Source: Alphaproteobacteria bacterium (GTDB taxonomy: Bacteria > Pseudomonadota > Alphaproteobacteria > UBA9219). Taken from it: a DNA stretch of 64,000 bases. The position numbers were made by a program, and so were the translations under genes. This document shows positions 53,276-62,583 of this stretch, in pieces. The notes beneath the pieces were generated by a model that saw only the letters and a list, made by a program, of their open reading frames with translations, was not told the DNA's origin and did no database searches. Positions within the stretch are counted from its first letter, which is position 1; the number at the start of each line of letters is the position of its first letter. The DNA is taken from positions 300 through 64,299 of the forward strand of contig JAQVZU010000002.1 in the NCBI GenBank assembly GCA_028708035.1, read 5' to 3'.

Positions 53276-54799
53276 TTAGTTCTTGTTTTGGACGTAAGGC
53301 GTGTTGGCGTTGTTGCGTCCCGAGATAGAACCGCTGCCATTATAGCCGGTATTCACGCCGTTATAAGGGCCATTTTGTGAATTTACATAAGCGCCCGCCT
53401 CGCCGGGAAAATTCGACCTTCCTGGCGCATAGTTGACGCTGTATCCTTGACTGTACCCTTGGCTATATCCTTGATCGACAGTTGTGCTCTGTTGCGCCGG
53501 AGAAGAACCCTTGACCGCAGTCAAAAAGAACATGCCAAACGGCGTTCCCGGCGCGACGCGAACCAAAGGCCTCGTCACGCTGGCTTGTTGTTGAAAAAAC
53601 TGCCCGACCGTGTTGGCAGCCTGCCCTAATCCGGCATACATGCCTTGCTCAAATCCGGCTCGCGCTTGCGTTGTAATGGTTGTTGTGCCGGTATTGGTGA
53701 TCGATGTATCTCCCTGTCCCATCGCCTGCCCAATACCTTGAATAAAGCTGGCGGCGGCCGGAAGAACAACGCGCGAGAAATATCTTTCGTCAACCTCCGT
53801 CGCCATGCCCCCAAGAGTGGTTTCGGGATCCAGCGCAATAGCGTTGATCGAGTAATCCTTGCCGTTTTTGTCTGCCAGCGAAAACCTCATAACCAGATAT
53901 TTTTCATATCCGTCGGCGACCTGAAAAGAGCCTATCGCCCTCGCTCCAGTAAGGGGTCCCGACACAATCTGCGCAAGAATGGGACCCGGAACGTCAGAAT
54001 TGGCTTCCGACAAAAGCTGAGCATAACTGACGGTGCCTGGCGAAATAATCGGCTTCTGTTCGACCACCACCGCAGCAGCTGTTGATTCCACGCCCATGGG
54101 GACGTCTCCGCCCATAATTCTGTCGTTGCCGCCTACAAAGTCGGCATTAGCGTTTCCGCTGCTGGTGTTTTTGTTCTCATCCTTAAGAGAAACGGTAACC
54201 GCCTTCATGCCCTGCGCCTGCCAACTCGACATCAATTGGTTTAATTGTCTTTGCATGGCATCCGCGAGCGAATTGTCAAAATTCTCAGTTGGCCGCGTGG
54301 TCTTTTGCTGTTCGCGAACCTGCCGTTTAAGCTGCTCCGTCTCAGCGCGAAGTTCCTTCAGAGGATCGGCTCCCTTGTTGTTCAGGGCATTGCTCGAAAT
54401 ATCTGTCGTCTGCCCCAGCGGGGTTGGGATGGCACTTCCGCCCGTATTAAGCGCCTGCTCAACACGTTGATTGTTGGCAAGTTCGGTCTGCTGGCGCAAA
54501 TACGGAGATGCTTTGCCTCCGGGAGCTTCCTTAATAGATGGTGGGCGCGAGAGATGAGCAACCTCCTTCCCCTCATTGCTGCTGCCGAAGAATTTGATCG
54601 CGGCAGCGCCTACCGCAAAAACGCCAATGACCAGAGCCGTAAACTTAAACAAAGGCTTTTCGCGCAATGCCTCAACGATGGTTCCTATGCCGCTTTTTGG
54701 CGCGGATTCATCCACGGGTTCCATTTCGCTGTCGGAAAACTCGTTATTTTCCGTATTTTCGTCGTTCTCGCCGTTTTCATTTCCAAAATCAGTTGTCAT
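53276..54799 (-). CDS. VirB10/TrbI-family type IV secretion protein (DotG/IcmE-like)
   Basis: Acidic N-terminus, a single TM segment (FKFTALVIGVFAVGAAAIKFF), a coiled coil and a C-terminal domain matching the VirB10/TrbI signature (LSEANSDVPGPILAQIVSG...GSFQVADGYEKYLVMRFSLADKNGKDYSINAIALDPETTLGGMATEVDERYF). Start set at MTTDFG to remove the overlap with the upstream gene. Confidence 0.65.
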   Translation of the reverse strand: MTTDFGNENGENDENTENNEFSDSEMEPVDESAPKSGIGTIVEALREKPLFKFTALVIGVFAVGAAAIKFFGSSNEGKEVAHLSRPPSIKEAPGGKASPYLRQQTELANNQRVEQALNTGGSAIPTPLGQTTDISSNALNNKGADPLKELRAETEQLKRQVREQQKTTRPTENFDNSLADAMQRQLNQLMSSWQAQGMKAVTVSLKDENKNTSSGNANADFVGGNDRIMGGDVPMGVESTAAAVVVEQKPIISPGTVSYAQLLSEANSDVPGPILAQIVSGPLTGARAIGSFQVADGYEKYLVMRFSLADKNGKDYSINAIALDPETTLGGMATEVDERYFSRVVLPAAASFIQGIGQAMGQGDTSITNTGTTTITTQARAGFEQGMYAGLGQAANTVGQFFQQQASVTRPLVRVAPGTPFGMFFLTAVKGSSPAQQSTTVDQGYSQGYSQGYSVNYAPGRSNFPGEAGAYVNSQNGPYNGVNTGYNGSGSISGRNNANTPYVQNKN

Positions 54800-56045
54800 G
54801 TTCTTCTTCCCGCAAAATTTGAGCGCGAACGAGCGCGCCATTATCCGATAGCACAAGGACGGGCGCGGACCCTACTTCATATACGGACGTGCCATCCGGC
54901 GATACCATGCTGGCATTCCATGCGGGCGAAAGAAGGGTCAAAGGCGTGCGTACATAAACCTTATCGCCAATGGCCCACGCCTTTGTTCTTTGATCCAATC
55001 CCCCTACTTTGACGCGCGTCGCTCCTGGGGGCGGCGTAGTCTCAAGAAAGTGGGCCAGAGTATCATCACCGGCCTGGGGCCTGGAGAAACTGCTACGTTC
55101 GACAAGAGGCGGCTTGGCTTGAGGTCCTGATTTATCGATGCGCGCATCATAGCGTAGATCAACGGTAGGCCCTCCTGACGAAAGTCTGAAAATGACAGGC
55201 GTCGGAAGATTTTTAAGCATGACAGAGAGATTGCCTACGCCGATGCGCGTCAAAGGCATGACGCGAACCACATGGGACCCAGCCCCGGTTGGCGTTACTT
55301 CAAAATTGCCGCCGATGCCGACATCCAGGATTGGCCAAGGTTCCCCGGTTGAATCCACAATAGTAATCGTTGTTATAAATCCAGCGTTCAGATTAATCTG
55401 CGGTGGCGAAACGCCCGGATCGAGAGACACAGGAATCAAACGTGTAATTCCTTTTGGCGTGCCTTCATAAGGAGGTTGCGATGCCTGCTGAGTTTGTTCC
55501 AATCGCCGCATGAAATCGCGAATTTGGTCCGGAGATAGCGGCAGAAGTCCGTTTGATGCCTTGTCGTAGGATTTGGCGTTATACTCGCGCTCTCTCTTCA
55601 AGGCCTCTGCATCTGCATCAGCCTCAGCTTGAAGGGCTGCTTGTGAGGCTTCCTGCGCCAGCTTCGCCGGATCGGAAGAAAATGCCGATGCAGGCGGCGG
55701 GGACGGAATATCGATGCCCGATGAACTGGACACAATTTTCTTCGGTGGCGTTGCCGCAGGCGGATTTGTTGCAGGAGGAGGATTTCCAACCGGTTGCGGC
55801 GCGACATCTGGCGTTGAAGAATCCGCTGCCGGAGATATGTCTGCGATTGTGGGCAGGACAACGGGTGCTGAAGAGGATTTTGAATCAGTCGGCGCGTTGG
55901 GAATGGCAATGCCTGATGGAGCACTAGAAGCAGAAGGCGAAGCCCCTGAAACGGCAAGCAGGACTCCCACTGTAAGCAGGAAGATTTTTCTCCGTCTTGT
56001 CGAGAGGTGAAGCGGCTGGTTCAGCAAAGGACATCTCCGGAGCAA
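54789..56045 (-). CDS. VirB9/TrbG-family secreted protein (DotH/IcmK-like)
   Basis: Sec signal peptide (RRRKIFLLTVGVLLAVSGASPSASSA), a P-rich region and a C-terminal region with the VirB9-like pattern (...IGDKVYVRTPLTLLSPAWNASMVSPDGTSVYEVGSAPVLVLSDNGALVRAQI). Confidence 0.6.
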   Translation of the reverse strand: MLRRCPLLNQPLHLSTRRRKIFLLTVGVLLAVSGASPSASSAPSGIAIPNAPTDSKSSSAPVVLPTIADISPAADSSTPDVAPQPVGNPPPATNPPAATPPKKIVSSSSGIDIPSPPPASAFSSDPAKLAQEASQAALQAEADADAEALKREREYNAKSYDKASNGLLPLSPDQIRDFMRRLEQTQQASQPPYEGTPKGITRLIPVSLDPGVSPPQINLNAGFITTITIVDSTGEPWPILDVGIGGNFEVTPTGAGSHVVRVMPLTRIGVGNLSVMLKNLPTPVIFRLSSGGPTVDLRYDARIDKSGPQAKPPLVERSSFSRPQAGDDTLAHFLETTPPPGATRVKVGGLDQRTKAWAIGDKVYVRTPLTLLSPAWNASMVSPDGTSVYEVGSAPVLVLSDNGALVRAQILREEEHDN

Positions 56046-56199
56046 AAGCTCTAATCAATAGAATCTACTTGTTTGACCACAGGAAAGTTAATAGTAAGTT
56101 TACTTATAGCCATCGTTTATTCCCTAATTCAAGCCCCACAGAAACATAAAAAATCGTGAAACAACAACAATCTTTCATCGGCTCGAATTAACCAAAAGG

Positions 56200-56610
56200 T
56201 TGCCCATGGCCAAACTTCACATTGTGCCGCTCTATGCGGGTATTTTAGGCCTCTTTTTAGTAGTTTTGTCGTTCAACATGCTCCGGGTGTGGATGCAACA
56301 GAAGGACGCCGAGGGAAATCGAGAGCTTTTGCGAGCCGAAGCGCTGGTCTCGAGCTTCGGCGAGTATGTTCCCTTGGCGCTGCTTCTCCTGTTATGCGCG
56401 GAAATAGCGGGAGTTCCAAGCTGGGCATCGCATATGCTTGGCGCCGCGCTTGTCGCCGCGCGGGTTATGCATGCTTTTGGCAGCAACGCCGCGCGCGGTT
56501 CCGCTCTTTTGCGTTTTGCTGGTGCGCAGCTAACCTATCTTGTCATCAGCCTTGCGAGCTTTTCATGCCTGTTTTTCTACGCGGTGCCGGGCGCTGCCAA
56601 CCTCAAATAA
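56200..56610 (+). CDS. Small four-TM membrane protein, possibly MAPEG family
   Basis: 136-aa protein with four hydrophobic helices and an RVMHAF...RFAG pattern. This is a weak call. Confidence 0.35.
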   Translation: MPMAKLHIVPLYAGILGLFLVVLSFNMLRVWMQQKDAEGNRELLRAEALVSSFGEYVPLALLLLLCAEIAGVPSWASHMLGAALVAARVMHAFGSNAARGSALLRFAGAQLTYLVISLASFSCLFFYAVPGAANLK

Positions 56611-56657
56611 ATGCGCAGTTGATCTTTGGTTTTGTTTGCCAAATCGAATTGATAGCT

Positions 56658-58166
56658 CTAGTCACGCTTCGTTTCCATCGCATCCTGATCGAGCAAGGGC
56701 TTCCCAGTTTCTTTGCCTTCGTCAAAATGCGCAGTTCTCAAAAGCCGCAGCAAAAGCTCGACATCCTCGCGAAACGCCGCGTCATATGCCGATAATTCCT
56801 CAATCTTTCTTACTGCATGAATGACAGTGGTGTGGTCGCGCCCGCCGAATTTGCGTCCAATTTCAGGAAGGCTTCGCGGCGTCAGTTGCTTGGCCAGATA
56901 CATCGCGACTTGCCGAGGCCGCGCTACAGCCCGCGACCGGCGCGCCGAATGCATGTCGGCCACGCGAACGTTATAATGTTCAGCGACTTTTTTCTGAATT
57001 TCATCGATCGTAACCCGCCGTTCGGATGCGCGAAGCATGTCCGAAAGGACTTCTTGCGTCATTTCCAGAGAAATCGTTCTCCCCACAAGCTGCGCATGCG
57101 CCACAATGCGGTTCAGCGCGCCTTCAAGTTCGCGCACGTTCGACGCGATCTTATGCGCTAGAAATTCCATGACCTTATCAGGCACCGGGCATCCAAGCTT
57201 CTCGGCCTTGGCATACAGAATCCCGAGCCGCAACTCGTAGTTGACCGGGTGCAGATCCGCAACCAATCCCCATCCCAAGCGAGAGCGCAGCCGCTCCTCC
57301 ATCCGGTCCAAGTCCTGCGGGGATTTGTCCGCCGAGATAATAACCTGGCGATTTCTGTCAACCAGCGCATTGAATGTATGGAAAAATTCCTCTTGCGTGG
57401 AATCCTTTCCGCCAATGAACTGAACGTCGTCAATCATCAAAACGTCAACGGACCGGAATTGTTCTTTAAATGAAACAGTGTCCTTAAACCGAAGAGCCCG
57501 CACGAATTGATACATAAACTTTTCGGCCGACATGTAAATAACGCGGCGATGCGGGTAATTCTTTCTGATGTGCCAAGCAATGGCGTGCATAAGATGGGTT
57601 TTTCCTAGCCCGACGCCTCCGTAAAGGAAAAGAGGATTGAATGCCGGAGTCTCGGTGTCGGCGACGCGACGAGCGGCGGCATAAGCAAGTTCATTGGGCT
57701 TTCCGACAACAAAATTGTCGAAGGTAAATCGCGGATCAAGTTCTGCCGAAAGCTCGCCGCTAAAACTTCCCGATCCCGCTGGTGCCGAAACGGGCAGCCT
57801 TCCTATGGGCGCAAGAGGAGCGGCAGCCGCTGCATCGATAGCAGTTTTAGCTTGCGCCGCCTTTGACAAAGGAGAAAGAACTGAAAAACTGACACTCCCG
57901 CGAGGCGACATCTCCTGCCACAAGGAAAGAATGGCTTCGCCGTAATGCGCCTCGACCCAATCGCGCATAAAGCGGGTGGGCAATACCAGCGCGGCGCATT
58001 TGCAGCCCGAAGCCTCATGAACGACAGCGCCGGTCATGGGTTCAAGCCATCTGCGAAAAGCTGTTTCGCCAAATCGACTGCGCATTGAGGCGCGCAAAGT
58101 TCCAAAGGCTATCTCAGGATTACCGGAATCTTCTTCTTTAGAAATCGCGTTTGATAGGACCTTCAT
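56658..58166 (-). CDS. dnaA: Chromosomal replication initiator DnaA
   Basis: Walker A GGVGLGKTHLMHA, box VII, sensor regions and the C-terminal DNA-binding domain (VAMYLAKQLT...GGRDHTTVIHAVRKIE). The ORF track begins at a GTG at 58169. Confidence 0.9.
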   Translation of the reverse strand: MKVLSNAISKEEDSGNPEIAFGTLRASMRSRFGETAFRRWLEPMTGAVVHEASGCKCAALVLPTRFMRDWVEAHYGEAILSLWQEMSPRGSVSFSVLSPLSKAAQAKTAIDAAAAAPLAPIGRLPVSAPAGSGSFSGELSAELDPRFTFDNFVVGKPNELAYAAARRVADTETPAFNPLFLYGGVGLGKTHLMHAIAWHIRKNYPHRRVIYMSAEKFMYQFVRALRFKDTVSFKEQFRSVDVLMIDDVQFIGGKDSTQEEFFHTFNALVDRNRQVIISADKSPQDLDRMEERLRSRLGWGLVADLHPVNYELRLGILYAKAEKLGCPVPDKVMEFLAHKIASNVRELEGALNRIVAHAQLVGRTISLEMTQEVLSDMLRASERRVTIDEIQKKVAEHYNVRVADMHSARRSRAVARPRQVAMYLAKQLTPRSLPEIGRKFGGRDHTTVIHAVRKIEELSAYDAAFREDVELLLRLLRTAHFDEGKETGKPLLDQDAMETKRD

Positions 58167-58514
58167 CACAACCCCGCAAAAAACGAAACCATCGACAAAA
58201 GAAACTACAGACCCGAAAAGAGTCTCCGGGCTTTTAATCGGACAGACTTTTAGGACGTAGAGCGAGAGGAAGGACCGGCGCAGGAAAAACAGCGATCAAA
58301 AACGGGTTGTGATTTATATCCGTTCATAGTTTTGATCCTATCCACCGGCATCAAATCCAAAGTGGAGCGACCATAAATCAAACCGAAGCCACTTGTCCAC
58401 AGGACCGAAGAGAGAACGACTGAAAAAATTTTTTCTCAAACAGAAAAAATTTCTTGCCACGCTAAAATGTGCAACAACAAAAGGACGAAATAAAAAATTG
58501 ATGAAGTGAAGCAG

Positions 58515-58563
58515 AAAAAAAATCCAAAATAAAATCGCCGCATTCACATCGAACACGGCGATT
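58515..58563 (-). terminator. Intrinsic terminator after rpsT
   Basis: ATCGCCG...CGGCGAT hairpin followed on the minus strand by TTTATTTTGGATTTTTTTT. Confidence 0.6.
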
Positions 58564-58587
58564 GGTAAAACTAAAAAAGGGAAGAAG

Positions 58588-58857
58588 TTACGCTTTCTTG
58601 GCAGCAGCTTTAGCGCGCTTTGCCAAACGCGAAGTCTTGCGCGCGGCAGTCTTCCAATGAAGCGTCTTTCCAGCGTCCTTCGAGAGTGCGGACTCGGCTC
58701 GACGCAATGCCTTGACTGAAGCGGCGCTGTCTCCCGCGGTTGCCGCGGTTTCCGCTTCCTTGGACAAGGTGCGGATCGCCGAACGACGCGAACGATTGGT
58801 TTCATTGCGCTTGACGGTCTGGCGCGCGCGCTTTTTAGCGGATTTGTGGTTTGCCAT
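58588..58857 (-). CDS. rpsT: 30S ribosomal protein S20
   Basis: MANHKSAKKRARQTVKRNETNRSRRS... matches S20. The ORF track start is too early. Confidence 0.85.
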   Translation of the reverse strand: MANHKSAKKRARQTVKRNETNRSRRSAIRTLSKEAETAATAGDSAASVKALRRAESALSKDAGKTLHWKTAARKTSRLAKRAKAAAKKA

Positions 58858-59108
58858 AATCTTTCCTGAATCCCATTTCGAGTTAATGCTCCGCGCGGAA
58901 GATCCGCGGGATCTTTTCACGCGAGCGAGAACTCATACGCTAACGCCCTCAAAATGGTCAAGAAAAATCGGATAAACAAGGACTTTCGCGAACCCGCACG
59001 CTCAGCAAATTGGTTCTGGACCCTGAAGGAACAAGATCTTATGTTCATCTTTAAAGACGCGGCCTAGTTGCGCCTTTGTGTGAAATCACGGAACGGAACG
59101 GCTTACCC

Positions 59109-59753
59109 ATGACCGAGCATAATTTCTTACAGGAAGTTCAAGAAGACTTCGAGCGCAAGAAACTCGAAGCGCTTTGGGGAAAATACGGGTTTTGGATCAT
59201 TCTTGCGGCGGTCGGCATCGTCGTTTCGACGGCGAGCTCGACAGCTTACCGTTCGTGGAAGCTTGATCGCAACCGAGACCTCACGCAAAAACTTCTGACC
59301 GCAAACCGCGAACAGCCTGAAATCTCGAAGAATATCGACCTGTTCGAAAAATTTGCCGATGAACACAAAGGCGCAAGCCAAACTGCGCTCGCATATTTGC
59401 GCGCAGGATCGCTAGCGCTTAACCAGAAAGACAATGCTAAAGCCATCGCTTACTTCAACAAGCTGTCTTCCGACGAAAAAACCGACCCGATTTTTCGCGA
59501 CCTTGCCACATTGCTTTCTGTCCAGGCGCAGATGGACGTTGGGAAGCCAACGGAACTTTTCGAACGCCTCAAACCTGTAGCTGCTGACTCCTCGGCTTTC
59601 CGCTATTCTGCGCTCGAGGCGCAGGGTTATCTTTCTCTTCGTGCGGGAGACAAGGCGGCGGCGCAGACGATTTTCACGCGCCTGTCGCAGGATGCGCAAG
59701 CGCCGAAAAGCCTTGCGGCGCGCGCCACTGATGTTCTTCGTGCCCTTAACTAA
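59109..59753 (+). CDS. YfgM-like TPR-containing membrane-anchored protein (UPF0070), upstream partner of bamB-der
   Basis: Single N-terminal TM segment (FWIILAAVGIVVS) followed by a TPR-like helical domain. It sits in the yfgM-bamB-der gene order. Confidence 0.6.
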   Translation: MTEHNFLQEVQEDFERKKLEALWGKYGFWIILAAVGIVVSTASSTAYRSWKLDRNRDLTQKLLTANREQPEISKNIDLFEKFADEHKGASQTALAYLRAGSLALNQKDNAKAIAYFNKLSSDEKTDPIFRDLATLLSVQAQMDVGKPTELFERLKPVAADSSAFRYSALEAQGYLSLRAGDKAAAQTIFTRLSQDAQAPKSLAARATDVLRALN

Positions 59754-59820
59754 CGATCGCGTCGGCGCGATGACAAAAAATTGGCGCGTTCGACGGATGA
59801 CGCTAACCACAAGGACCCAG

Positions 59821-61146
59821 ATGACCCGAAAAACCTTTAATCGCGCAGTTCTGCTTTCTTTAGCGATGGCGGTTGCTGCATGCGGCAACAATCAGAACAA
59901 AATCGGCTCGACAATCAAAGGCGATCGCATTTCCGTCATCGAGCAGGCCAAGGTTCTCGAACCCGACAAAGACCTCGCTGAAATGAAACCATCGCTTCCG
60001 CGCGAAATTGTCAACCTGTCATGGCCTCAAGCCGCCTACGACAGCCAGAACGCCGTTCCCAATGCGCAAGCCTCGACAAGCCCCAAGATTTTGTGGAAAG
60101 CCGACATCGGCGCTGGATCAAGCTCCGATTTCAAGCTTCTCGCCCATCCCGTCGCATCGCGAGGATTCATTTACACAATGGATGCCGAGGGCCGCGTACG
60201 CTGTTTGGACGCCGAAACCGGCCGGAGAGTTTGGGATGTCGATACGACTCCTAAAGAGAGCGACGAACCCGCGATGGGCGGTGGCTTGGCCATTGATGGC
60301 GATACGCTTTATGCCACGACTGGTTTTGGCGACGTGTATGCGTTAGACTTAAAATCAGGCAAAACCAAATGGCAAAAATCGCTGCTCAAACCATTGCGCG
60401 CCGCGCCCGCTGTATTCGATAATCGCATCTATGTCGTAAGCGTCGACAACGACCTCAACGCGCTTGATGCTGCCGATGGGCAGATCCTCTGGCATCAATC
60501 GGGCATCACCGAAAGCGCGGCGTTGATGGGCGCAGCCAGTCCCGCCGTTCAGGGCGACGTTGTCGTGGTTGCCTATAATTCGGGCGAACTGTTCGGCCTG
60601 CGCACGCAAAACGGACGCGTGTCATGGAATTATTCTCTGGCCGCGCCCGCTCAGGTCGGGGCGCTTCCGGCTATAGCTGATATCCGCGGCCTTCCGGTCA
60701 TCGATCACGGACAAGTCTTTGCCATTAGCCACAGCGGGCGCATTGCCACTATCGATCAAAAAACCGGCGACCGCATATGGGAATCCGATATAGGCGGTAT
60801 CAATACGCCGGTGGTGGCGCGCGATGCCGTTTTCATCTATGGCGGAGATAACGAATTAATTGCGCTCACGCGCGCAACGGGCCGCCCCATCTGGGTTGTC
60901 AAGCTCCAAAAGAATGAAGACCCCGAAGACAAAGGCTCGGATCGCGTGGTCTGGACGGGTCCTATTATGGCAGGCGAAAAGCTTTGGATGGTTAATTCAC
61001 TGGGAGAGTTCAAAAGCTTTTCTCCGCAGACCGGCGCTGCTGAAACCAAGATAGATCTTGGCTCGGCTGCATATCTGTCGCCCATCGTTGCCAATAAAAC
61101 GTTTTACGTTGTGACCGACAACGGAAAACTGCTCGCATTGCGGTAA
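59821..61146 (+). CDS. bamB: Outer membrane protein assembly factor BamB (PQQ-repeat beta-propeller lipoprotein)
   Basis: Lipoprotein signal MTRKTFNRAVLLSLAMAVAAC and PQQ-like repeats (GFIYTMDAEGRVRCLDAETGRRVWD, ALDLKSGKTKWQ, ALDAADGQILWH and others). Start chosen at 59821; the ORF track starts at 59641. Confidence 0.8.
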   Translation: MTRKTFNRAVLLSLAMAVAACGNNQNKIGSTIKGDRISVIEQAKVLEPDKDLAEMKPSLPREIVNLSWPQAAYDSQNAVPNAQASTSPKILWKADIGAGSSSDFKLLAHPVASRGFIYTMDAEGRVRCLDAETGRRVWDVDTTPKESDEPAMGGGLAIDGDTLYATTGFGDVYALDLKSGKTKWQKSLLKPLRAAPAVFDNRIYVVSVDNDLNALDAADGQILWHQSGITESAALMGAASPAVQGDVVVVAYNSGELFGLRTQNGRVSWNYSLAAPAQVGALPAIADIRGLPVIDHGQVFAISHSGRIATIDQKTGDRIWESDIGGINTPVVARDAVFIYGGDNELIALTRATGRPIWVVKLQKNEDPEDKGSDRVVWTGPIMAGEKLWMVNSLGEFKSFSPQTGAAETKIDLGSAAYLSPIVANKTFYVVTDNGKLLALR

Positions 61147-61152
61147 GAAAAA

Positions 61153-62505
61153 ATGGCCTTTACTGTTGTTATTGCCGGACGGCCCAATGTCGGAAAGTCC
61201 ACCCTGTTCAATCGTCTGGTTGGAAAGCAAATGGCGCTGGTCCACGATGAGCCCGGCGTCACGCGCGACTGGCGCGAAGGCGAAGGCCATCTTTACGATC
61301 TGGCGTTCCGTGTTATCGACACCGCGGGCCTTGAAGCCGTGCGCCCCAAGGGCAGCTACTCCGCTCGCACGGCCAAGCAAACTCAGGATGCGCTCAAGCA
61401 GGCCGATGTCATTCTTTTAATTGTGGACGCGCGCGAAGGGCTGATGCACGACGACGAAACCATTGCACGAGAGCTGCGTAAGACGGGCAAGCCCATCGTT
61501 CTTCTCGGCAATAAGTGCGAAAGCGACACTCTCCCTCCGGCCATGCAGGAAGCCGCTGGCTTGGGCTTCGGCGACCCTTTGCCAATTTCCGCTGCGCATG
61601 GCGACGGAATGATGGACCTTTTTGAGGCGCTTTCCAAATACGCTCCCGTTAAAAGCCCCGAAGAAGAGAAAGAAGCGGAAGAAAAAAGCCTTATCCTCGC
61701 TGTGGTAGGCCGCCCGAATGCCGGAAAATCAACGCTTATCAATCGCCTGATCGGCGAAGAGCGAATGCTGACCGGCCCCGAGCCCGGCCTTACGCGCGAT
61801 GCGATTCCGATTGCATGGGAGCATCACAATAAACCCGTGCGTCTTATCGACACGGCAGGTATGCGCCGTCGCGCGCGTGTGACTGAAGACCTTGAACGTC
61901 TTAGCGTTCACGAAACGCTTCGTGCTATTCGCTTGGCCAACGCGGTCATCCTTGTTCTCGACGCGACGCAGCCGTTCGATAAGCAGGACCTTGTCATTGC
62001 GCGCCATGTGATCGAAGAAGGCCGCGCGTTGATCGTCGCGCTCAACAAATGGGATCAAGTAAAGGACAAAAAATTGGTTGCCAGGCAAATCCGCGAGAAA
62101 GCGGAAGCGTCTTTAGCGCAAGTCGAAGGCGTGCCGCTTGTCCCCGTTTCCGCGCTCGAGGGCGAAGGAATGAAAGACCTGATGCGCGAAACCATGCGCA
62201 TGGTCGAAAACTGGAATGTTCGCGTTTCGACCGGCAAATTGAACCGCTGGCTTCAGGACATGGAAGAGTCCCATCCGCCGCCCATTACCGGAGGCCGCCG
62301 CCTCAAGCTACGTTACATTACGCAAATCAAAAGCAGACCTCCGACGTTCTCCCTATGGGTCAACAAGCCGGTCGATCTTCCGGAAAGTTACCTGCGCTTT
62401 TTGACGCATGGCTTGCGTGCGGCGTTCAAGCTCGATGGGGTACCCATCCGCTGGCAAGCGAAAAAAAGCGAGAACCCGTATGAAGAGAAAAAGAAGAAGA
62501 GATAA
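61153..62505 (+). CDS. der: Ribosome-associated GTPase Der (EngA)
   Basis: Tandem GTPase domains (GRPNVGKSTLFN and GRPNAGKSTLIN) and a C-terminal KH-like domain. Confidence 0.9.
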   Translation: MAFTVVIAGRPNVGKSTLFNRLVGKQMALVHDEPGVTRDWREGEGHLYDLAFRVIDTAGLEAVRPKGSYSARTAKQTQDALKQADVILLIVDAREGLMHDDETIARELRKTGKPIVLLGNKCESDTLPPAMQEAAGLGFGDPLPISAAHGDGMMDLFEALSKYAPVKSPEEEKEAEEKSLILAVVGRPNAGKSTLINRLIGEERMLTGPEPGLTRDAIPIAWEHHNKPVRLIDTAGMRRRARVTEDLERLSVHETLRAIRLANAVILVLDATQPFDKQDLVIARHVIEEGRALIVALNKWDQVKDKKLVARQIREKAEASLAQVEGVPLVPVSALEGEGMKDLMRETMRMVENWNVRVSTGKLNRWLQDMEESHPPPITGGRRLKLRYITQIKSRPPTFSLWVNKPVDLPESYLRFLTHGLRAAFKLDGVPIRWQAKKSENPYEEKKKKR

Positions 62506-62583
62506 TAGAGAAAAGGAAAGCATCCGATTATCCATCGTCTCTCCATTCCAGATCGGCAATTAAGCCTTTTATTTTACGCGAAG

